A program made the position numbers and the translations under genes. A stretch of 64,000 nt of DNA, from contig CM022671.1 in NCBI GenBank assembly GCA_012295275.1, positions 3,410,001-3,474,000 on the forward strand, written 5' to 3'. Shown piece after piece: positions 54,156 through 64,000 of this stretch. Numbering within the stretch: position 1 is the first letter of the stretch; each line of letters begins with the position of its first letter. Below the pieces are notes generated by a model. That model worked only from the letters and a program-made list of their open reading frames with translations, had not been told where the DNA came from and made no database searches. The stretch is from Chrysomallon squamiferum. Taxonomy: Eukaryota > Animalia > Mollusca.

Positions 54156-57100
54156 TGTTTGTTTTTTTTTTTTTTATCAAAATGTCTTCTTCAAAAGAAT
54201 TCCCAAATGAAAGAAAACTGGGTGTTGGAAAAAGTTGAAACCCTTTCATGAACACAGGTGACCTGGAATGATTTTTTTTTTTTTTTAAACAGTGGATTTT
54301 CATTCTTTTGAATATTCAAAGACAAAACAAACAGCAGACTATATTTCCACAGCAGAGTTCCCTTTTAAGTTACACACAAACATTATGACTATTACTTTGC
54401 ACACCCAAAAATATTGAAAAAAGCCCCACTTTGGTCTAACTTAATCAAATGCAGTGATATAAATAAAAAGTAAAAGTATGATATATTTTATGACTCCAGC
54501 CTGCCTCCATTGTTTTTAATGGCTGTCTGGTTAGCATGTAGCTACATGCCATAAAATCAGTCATAATTGTAATTCTTAATAAGCAACACCTGATGAATAC
54601 ACCATTAAATTTTGATTTATTCTTTTAAACCTTTTTTTTTTTAACAAATGTTATTTATGGTCGTTACAAGCCATTTGACAATATTATAGTGGTGATAAAA
54701 CTTTATTTTATTGTATTTTTCTTATCATTGATTAATATTTTATTCGAATTTCTGTGTCATTAAATGTACATTAATAATTCATTTTAGATAAAACATAATA
54801 ACAAATGAATGTTTATCAACATAAAAAATATACCAGTTCTTAGGGGAGATAAGTAAGGAAATAATTGAAAGTTAGTATTATACATCAGCTCTAGATGTCA
54901 TTACAATAACTTACCAGGTGTTTTATTTATTTATTTTATTATATTAAGCATATACATCCATATTCAAACACACACAGACATACATATACATTAGATTATG
55001 AAAATTCTTACCCTGAAAGCCAATCTAGAAAGTCCTGTGTTGTCTTTTGAGAAAACAAGCTTACAAATCTCTCCTCCAGACTGTACAAATTATAAATAAA
55101 CATGCAACACTTCAAGGTCTCAAAACGTACAAATAAACTTAGGTAAGTTCACAAAACAATAGTCAGTACATTATAAATAATTCTGTTTAGAAAATAAAAT
55201 CCATCTGTGTTGTGTGAAATCCACATTAGTGTGAAATGAAGCAGTCACTGGAACTGTTCTCACAATTCAGTGATTTCTTTAACCAACTACTAATTCAACA
55301 GTTACCCTGTTTAATTATGTCTTACTTTTTTCTTTCATCCTTCAAAAAAAAAAAAAAAAATAATAATAATAATAATAAGAAGAAGAAGAAATCAAAAAAA
55401 AAAAAAATCCAAGAAAATGAACAGAGGAATTCTGGTCATGCGGGTTCATTTTCACACAAGTATTTTCTTTCTCACCAGCCAAATAAAAGGAAAAGTGAGA
55501 ATTCTCCAAACAGTTTTAACTTTTAATCTTCTCTGTAATTGTCAGCAATAGTCCAGTTTGACATAATGCTGATGTTTGCAACTAAAGACGTCTATTTTAA
55601 GACTCAACTCGAAAGAACTCACCATTTCAGTCAATATACACACCAGTTGGTGGTAATTTCATTTCCGATAATTTCCCTCTCAAATTAAAAACTGAAATAA
55701 CTGAGTGGTCAAGGCTGAACTAAAACGTCTTTGACATGCTTCTCCGCATGTTAAATTATTTACAAATACGAGAGAAAATAATCACCGTATTTTTGCTCAA
55801 AGACACTTGAGTTAATAACCAGTTATCACTGAAAGGGGCCCAGGGACTTTTGATGGGGACAAGACACTAAAAAACATAAGAAGAGGTTTTTCATTCTGTC
55901 TGTTCCTGTTGTATACTTGTTTGCCCAGAGACCTGACATTTTTTGAAGTGCTCTTAAGTGGGCTGGGGCCAAAAAACCATTGATAAAGACTGTTTTACAA
56001 TTTACAAAGAGAGAAATCTCTCTCTCTCTCTCTCTCTCAAAAAATTTAAAGTACATTGTAGTTATGGACTCTGGATACTAATAAAATTACAGGACATGCA
56101 GCAGTATAATGCTATTACAAGCAAGTGAAAGTGCAGGAAATGAAAAACAGAAATAAATAATAATTTATCACAAAGGAGATTAATTAAAAGAAAGGTCTCC
56201 ATGACAGTGTTAATGAGTTCTTCCACTAAGATTTACTGTGGAAGATAATTAATTTTTATTTTCATTCAGTTTCAAAATGCTACCATTCACACCTCTGACT
56301 TTCACATTCTGAACAATTACAGTGAACCCTTGGTTTGTAAAAGACTGACCAGTTTTTGTTCAGTTTATCTAGCATGAAATTCAGAGAAAGATGTTTTGTT
56401 TAAAAATAACCTAAAGACAACAACGAAGTATAATATATGCAATAATAACTGTAACAGTGTAACTGTCCTCCATAAAACAAACATTAAACATAATGGACCA
56501 AATCTGCATGTTTTATGCTTCTGTCTAGCTTTAAATAAACACAGACAGCAGAAAGAAAGAGAAGAGGAAGAAAAAAGGATACCAAATAGAATTACAGACA
56601 GTGACAGAGAGAGAGAGAGAGAAAAATGTAAGAGACAAATGTAAGAGTGAGAGAGAGATAGAAATATAGTTAGAGACAGGGAGGGAGGGAGAGAGAGAGA
56701 GACAGATAGAGAAAATATATATAGTTATGTACAGATACAAAGACCTATTTATCTGGTGTATATAAAATAGAATAATACATTCTATTTCTGTTGTAATTAA
56801 AAATGTCTGAATCAATACTCTATAATTATATTCACTAAAATATATTTTGAATATAAAAAAACGGAAATACTGCAAAAATGAAGAGACCACGTGAAGTAAA
56901 TTACTACACAAATATCTACATTTTCATCTGCTTTATTACCATTTATTTTCACTATTTTATTGTGTCTGTGTTTCACTGTACGATAGTATATTATCTATTC
57001 CTTTCCATTATATAGTATTGCCTTTTTTTTATTACACACGAAATTACATTTATTTCAGTGTTTTATTATATCTGTATCTCCTGTGTATATTGTTATTTTA

Positions 57101-57372
57101 TCTCTACTCTATTGTATTTATATTATCATTTTACCTCTTCACCTGGTAAAAATAAAATCAGACAGACACAAAGTATTTTATCAGCCAATAAACCATCTGA
57201 ATGTGGTAACACAGGACATAAAACTTCCTGTGCGAGTACCTTCACTTCCAGATAAAGACATTTTATGAAAGTTTGAATTATTATTATTATTATTATTATT
57301 AGTAGTAGTAGTAGTAGTAGTATTTTTAAATTAATTAATTAATTAATTTACTTATTTTATTTAAAAAATATA

Positions 57373-57412
<40 letters not shown>

Positions 57413-57753
57413 AAAATTTATCTGTTTAGAGAAAAAAGAAAATGATATTTGTTTACCTGAAAAAAAGAAAGAAAAAAAGAAAACATTTTCAAGAAAAAGA
57501 CAAGTTACTACAACTCTTAGAAACATCAATCTGCTACTGTTTGAAATAGTTTTAATTACAATGAAGGTTCATGAAAGCCTGTCCTGGACACACCAGCCTA
57601 TCACAGACAGTGTTAGTATGTGAGGAGATTTTGAAAGAGAAAAAGACAAAATAGCTATCTGAAGTCTTAAACATCCTCAGTTAGCTGTATGAGTTGATAT
57701 GAGTTTGAACCCACAACCTATGAAGACTAACAGTTTAACCAGTATTGGAAAGT

Positions 57754-58070
57754 TGGAAGAAATGTTTTATTTAACAATGAACTCATCTCATTTTTAATCT
57801 AGTTATACAAAACATGGTTAAAGATCACACAAAGAAAACAAGATGCTGCCATAAAAAGGGTTACTCTTTTTTATATTAGAAATAAAACAATATTTTAAAT
57901 GTGCTCCTTCTCATAAACAGTAGAGCAGATGCCACAGCCTCATATAAACAAGTGATAGAGCAGTGGCTGGAATGGGAAATAGCCCAGTGGGTAAAATGTG
58001 AAGAAGATTTGATCCTGCCACCCTTCAGACTTCAGCTCTGTGTTCTTGCGACTGAGTGACAGCAGCCTGC
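57754..58070 (-). mobile_element. Near full-length degenerate SINE-like element (about 310 bp)
   Basis: Ordered blocks gaagaaatgttttatttaac / atggttaaagatcacac / gggttactctttt / gccacagcct / gagcagtggctggaatgggaaatagcccagtggg / gatttgatcctg. Several of these are shared with other copies in the window. Confidence 0.6.
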
Positions 58071-60329
58071 ACTGGTGTGAAACATTTCTCCATTACATGT
58101 AAAAGCTGATACCAGACTTCTGACACATCAGTGCTTTAATTAAAAGGTTCAGTGTCAGTATAAATCACTAGCAGTGACCTAAGTGGTCCTGTGTTTAATG
58201 TGAAACATAAAATATCCATACATCACAAGACGTAAACATTAACACTGTATTTGTATAGTCTGTTTGTCTGTGTACAGAACTGGCTGTGGTTTGGTGGTGG
58301 AGTATTGGCATGGGGTGTGTGAGGTCACTGGATCTAATCTTCTCAGTGTTTGCAGTAGATTAATCCTGCTCTGTTTAATGGTTCTTACATAATACACAGC
58401 ATTTGCTATCGAAATGTAAAATTCATTTCCTGTATCTCAAAGTAAGATGTCATGTATAATTCTATAAATAATAAAAGATGTATGTTAGTAAATAGAGACT
58501 GAAACAAAAGTGGGTGTACAGAAAATTATAATGTTTATTTTGAGATTTCATATAGAAATATGTTTAAATTTTTGGATTCATTTTTAATTATTTATTTATT
58601 TATTTTTTTGTAAAGAGTAAGACTTTTTTTTTTTTTTTACCAATACAACACAAACACCACAGTTATAATGAAAACCACAATCATAATATAACATCAACCC
58701 TATTCAAGCTAATGTCAAACTAGTTTTGGTTCAACCTGTAATAATACTTTTTTATACTCATATCATCCCATGTTATACATTTGCAATATGCTATAAAGCA
58801 TGTAACCCTGCACATCACTGCACTTTGTTATGCAAACATTTGTATTCTGTATGTCATAAACTTCAGTTTGATGTCAACCCCATCGTTGTAGCTTGTTTTG
58901 TTGAGTATCAGTTTACACAGAAATTTCTCAGCAAACTTTACTAACTTCTTCAGTTTGGAATTTAAAAAATGCTTCAGAAGAATATTTAGTAATATACTTT
59001 TTTTTACCTTTTTTTTTGTTGACTTTTTGCATTTTTTTTTTTTCCCTGAATCATTAAATAAAGAATTTATACAGCCTTTCCTGCAAAAGTCTCAAAATAA
59101 AAAAGTTATGACTGTGTATTTTTCAAAACTAGCTTCAAAGTAAGAACTGTGACATGATTGCTCATGATTTGCGTATCGCATACATTAGATTTACTGAACA
59201 TGTTAAATTTAATGAAATATGCAACTCTAACATTATCTGTCTATATATATAAGTGTATATGTACTTCACACAGTATATGGCATGTACTTTCAGTTCACCA
59301 TGCTGTGTTATTTTCCCTGTCTAACTGAATGTTTAAAAACATCTCTGTCAGAATAAACTACATTAGCTTCAAGACTTCATCCACTTTGTCACCATACAAA
59401 AACATCACGGACAATAATAAAGACAATTTTCCTTCTAATCCATCTAGTCACTGATGTCTGTAATTTAATGTAGCCAATTTCTCTGCAGTTTGTCTTTTTA
59501 TGAAATGAAAATGTCACCGGAGAAATGACAGCTAAATAAAATTTCAAACCATTCACAGAATCGTATCAGTCCTGTAAGATGTGTGATAGCACAGAAATGT
59601 GATTATTTGAAAAATTCTTAAACTTTTTGTGTCACTTCAAATTAATGCTAGTATGTAATCACAGAATTCAGATACTGTACAAACTGCAATAAATATACTG
59701 AAAATACCTTGAATCAGATCTTGTGGACAAAAAAATTTGATGGAGTAATTCCTTTATGTCTATTGGAAGAGTGTGTGCCATATATAATTCAAGCAATGCT
59801 CTGCAGGTGGGGTGGAATGGGTGTATGAATCACATACCCAAATACCCCTGACATGTTAGTTACATAATCTGATGTGCTGTTGTATGTTAACTTCTTTTCA
59901 GTATAAAATTTTTACAAAAAATCTACTTCTTCTAATTTTTGACAAAGTTGTAAGATGTGGCAGGCTTGTCTCCTTCATATGTTACAATTCTGGACTTGGA
60001 AAATGTCAGTTTATTCTGGGTCATCATTATAGATCACAGGACTTTCTATGAACTAAAAATGGTAAAATATTTAATATAAAAATGTTGAAGTAAAAAACAT
60101 TAATATTGTAGTATTAAATGATTAAGATTATAGTAATAACATTTAAAAACATTTGCAATTTAATGGACAGAGGCACCATTCACTTAAGAATCTGTTAAAG
60201 TGAGGTCTATTGTATAATGTTAAAACTGAGCAACTTTGTAATAATATTTAAAATATACAGAAAATCTACAACATTTTCCCATAAAAGCAATGAAATTTTA
60301 TATAACCTTTCCACAAATAAAAAAACACA

Positions 60330-60440
60330 AACCCAGTCTTTGGTAATCAATAGGGAGCTCTGGCTAGAATGGGAAACAAACCCACAGGTGCACTGATCTT
60401 TCAGACAACAAACCTACTGCCCACTGCTCTAATACACCAC
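60330..60440 (-). mobile_element. Fragment of the SINE-like family
   Basis: tggctagaatgggaaa (60361-60376) matches tggctggaatgggaaa at about 57964-57979. Confidence 0.35.
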
Positions 60441-61496
60441 AGCCCTCACTAAACGGTCAAGTGGTCAGAGTAAAGCATCCCTGGTGTTTGGAGTATAACT
60501 GATGTGATATCTGGATGTGTGAAATACAATTATGTTCAGATGAAGTGACTCAGACAACCTTCTCTACAGACTCAGTGCTGCATTAACAGCATCAGTATCA
60601 CTAGACAATGATAAAAAATCTTTATTATTATATTGGTAGATACAATTACTTTATTAGTGTGTAACAATATATTATTGATTTATATCTATACTCTGTTGGT
60701 GATATGTGTTGGTATATAACTTTGGTTTATTTAAAACAGTTCTTTATTGATTTATAACAGCACTTTATTAGAATAAAAAAAAAAAATTGATTTGTGTAAA
60801 ATAATACTTATTTGGTAATAAAACAATACTGATGTATAAGTGTATAGATGTATAACAATACAGTTGTAAAACAAGAATATTTTGGACTAAGACAATAGGT
60901 TTTTGGTAAAACCATATTTATTGATGTATAATTATATTTTATTACTGTAAAACAACACTCAGTAGTCATATAAAATAGGGTTTTTGAAACATAAAGGTTT
61001 ACTAATAAGTACCTTTATTCATTATTCATCCTGTAACTATTCATTAGAGTGAAATTATAATAACAATAAACTAATAAAAAAGCAAAAAACTTAAAAATTA
61101 AAAATTAAAAATAACAATAAAAAAAAAATAAAAAAAAATAAAAAATATATACAATAAAAAATAAAAAAAAAAAAAAAAAAAAAATAAAAAAAATTGAAAA
61201 ACACAACGATATGCAATAACCAAATGTCAATGAAAGTATGTATCTAACTGCATTCAGTTCATAGGCTTTGATTCTGTCAGTTACTGGCAATATTCCTTAA
61301 ATCAATTTATTATTATTATTATTATTATTAACATTAATATTATTCAGTTTTCATAAGTGAAAATTGGAATCAAACACAATGAGGCAAAAACAATTTCTGT
61401 CATTCAAAATAAAAGGCTTCATGTTTTCAAGCAGTCAGTTTGAGTGATTAAAACTTCAAAAAACATCACACTACAAAATATGTTTTGTTCTCAAGA

Positions 61497-61541
61497 ATTT
61501 CCAGATTACAGAGGGTGTTGTTTTTGAGAGGTTTCACTGTA
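61497..61541. mobile_element. Possible solo right end of a Tc1/mariner-pogo-type MITE
   Basis: GAGAGGTTTCACTG-TA (61526-61541) is the reverse complement of TA-CAGTGAAACCTCTC, a typical pogo/Tigger-like TIR start with a TA target site. No matching left TIR was seen nearby. Confidence 0.3.
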
Positions 61542-63878
61542 CACCAGTCTCTCTCACCCTCTTGTAGTGATTATCAAGTCAATATAACTTATGGCAAAAA
61601 ACACTGTAATCCCTGCAAAACGCTAAATAACAATTTTATCACACAGATAATTTAATTTCTTCAAAAAAGCCAAGGGACATGCACATCAGATTAGACTTTT
61701 TTCTCTTTGCACAGTGTTTTAACAAAGGTCTCATGTTCAGAATTTTGTCTCAAAACACACATCATGACAACTTAAAAAGATGGCAGAACTGAAAGAATTA
61801 GAATAGTAAAATAGTAAAAAAAAAATCATAAAGGATAACATTTAGGTTTTGTCTGTGAACATTTCTTTTGTAACAGCCTCAGCAATGATTTGAAAATAAA
61901 AAAATAAAAACAATTGTAATTTCACTGAAAATTAACACATGTTCATAATTAATAATAACAATAAATTTCAAAAAAATCAAAATAAAAAATAAACAAAAGT
62001 AATTTTTAAAATTCTTTTTTTTTCCTCAGGTGTCAAATGAAGTCTATAAAATTCTGAGACTAGTAAGTGAAATTTTGACTTAAAAAAGGGCATTAATGAT
62101 AGAAAGAAATATATATTATATTTCGTTATTAGTGCATTAACATTGGTGGCCATTTTTAATGATGATGAATGTGTAGAAAATTTCTCATTCTGTAACTAAA
62201 TACATTAAATTACAAATGTGGTGATATATATTACCTAAACATATATGATTGTTTTCTAAATATAAACTATAACACTAATAGGATGAGCTTGTGAGGGGAT
62301 ATAGAGACTTATATTTTATCATTTTCACAATATTGCACTAAACAGAGACATTTAAATAAAAAAAAAAAAAAAAAAAGAACTTGATGGATTGAATATGCTG
62401 CTAATATCTGCAGTGAAACAAAAAAATATCAGTTTCTATGCACCCTTAAACATCTTGTTATTTTGTAATTGCACTTTATTATTAATAAAAGTTAGTTTAC
62501 AGAAATAAATAACACGTACAGATTAAATATAATACTGTCATACCAAACTATGCATAAAAAATAAGTATAAAATAGAAAAACTTTAAATGCAGTTTCACCA
62601 GACGTGAAAGCATTTTTGAAAGTCGACTTGATCATTTCATCAAAGGCAATATTGTAACAGTAACTGTATTAAACCATAAACAATTTTTACAAAATACAAC
62701 TTTAAATGCAGTTTCCCATAAAAAAAAAAATTACAGTATTTTTAAAAGTCCACTCCATCACTTCTCATTTATGTCACAAACAAAAGCTTTAAGTTTGACC
62801 TGTGACACACATTAATTCATATACCAAACTGGTCGATACAACACAACTTTTTATTCTGAATAATCAATCTTCTCTATGCAGAATTTTAAAATGGATTTTA
62901 CTTGTGCCCAGTTATAATAATAATGGAGTTAAAAAGGAAAAATATGACAGACAAATTACAGATTTAAGAATTAAGATGACATTTACTAATTTTTTCACAG
63001 GGATGTGTGTGAAATGTGCTTAAAGGTGAATATCAAAGTCAGGTTATTATTCATGTTAATGTTGTATGTCCTGATAATTCAAAATAACCATGCAGCAATG
63101 TTATTTCCAGATTTCAGAATGACTTTTCTTTATCTCATGCTGAAGACGTTAAATTCTTATTTCCTAGTCTCAAAATAAATCACTGACGTTTTCAAAGCCA
63201 AGTCAGAAACTGAGATGCAGAGTCAAAGATTTGAACTATGGTTAGAAGTGGAAGACACCCAGGCATTGTATTGCACCAGTGAAAATGATGAAAACATGAC
63301 ATAATAAACCTAAATTTGTTTATAACTAATACAATGTGACCATTAGCTAAATCACAAGCACACAATAAAAGTAATCAGAAAAGTTAAAGGTAACTTGTTG
63401 CTTCATTTATATTATTATTTTATTTAAGCAAAGACATTAACCTGATTTTGTAAAAGCAACATTTTCTTTTCTTACAAATTCAAGGCAACAGATCTTTTAT
63501 ATTAGTATTTTATGAGTGTAATAACCTTACTGATATTTCTTACACTTGCATTATTTATTTTTATGAGAAATGAAACTCAGCTGACCATTTACATTAATAC
63601 TTGACACTGACATTCCCAGCATTGGTAAAACTTACACTGATATGTTTTACAATAAAAGCAACACAATGGAAACTTTATATAACACATTCTCAGACTGGTA
63701 TTTTATTTTACAACAAAAGTGATTAAACAGAAATATATTTTATTATTTTATGTTACAATATCTAGATTGCTTGTATTTGTGGAAAGTATTAAAAAAAAAA
63801 TATATATATATATACAAAATTCCTACAGACATTTACAAATATTAGAAGAAAAAAACAAAAGTTGTGCAGAACTGTCAG

Positions 63879-64000
63879 TACTTGTATAACTATTTAAATA
63901 TTTGAAAATCTATTTAAATACTTGAAAAACTATTTAAATACTTGTATAACTATTTAAATACTTGAAAAACTATTTAAATACTTGTATAACTATTCAAATA
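63879..64000. repeat. 20-bp minisatellite running off the window end
   Basis: tacttg(tat/aaa)aactatttaaa units at 63879, 63899, 63919, 63939, 63959 and 63979. Confidence 0.9.

Noticed and set aside
55846-55972. GGGGCCC...GGGGCC-bounded segment as a MITE
   Set aside because: The inverted match is too short and imperfect, and no target-site duplication is evident.
62010-62035. Plus-strand acceptor-like ttttttttcctcAG|gtgtc, and similar sites near 37716, 49017 and 53147
   Set aside because: No open coding exon or paired donor follows; T-tract plus CAG is common in this composition.
917-63023. The many 60-136 aa ORFs with CV/HT/SL/I/F/K/N runs
   Set aside because: Translations of microsatellites and homopolymers, many with non-ATG starts that are not valid defaults for a eukaryotic nuclear gene.

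Overview
Eukaryotic (animal) genomic DNA that is very AT-rich, CpG-depleted and full of microsatellites; its degenerate SINE-like repeats suggest a gastropod mollusc (inference from recalled repeat consensus, not a database hit). Only one protein-coding gene is supportable: an intronless-CDS class A GPCR of the FMRFamide-receptor-like family on the minus strand (3301->2001, about 433 aa). It is split into two ORFs by a single missing base at about 2584-2588, most likely an assembly indel. A strong minus-strand splice acceptor at 5670-5671 and a CpG-rich candidate non-coding first exon with a GTGAGT donor at 25375 suggest a 5' intron of about 19.7 kb. The remaining ~60 kb is non-coding. It holds many tandem repeats (20, 24, 25, 40, 43, 51, 65, 70, 78, 80 and 90 bp units), old interspersed SINE-like copies, a single N, and several candidate cis-regulatory islands (a Forkhead-site cluster near 20.0 kb and a CpG-rich island near 43.0-43.7 kb). 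I found no prokaryotic-type system, CRISPR array or convincing novel coding system.
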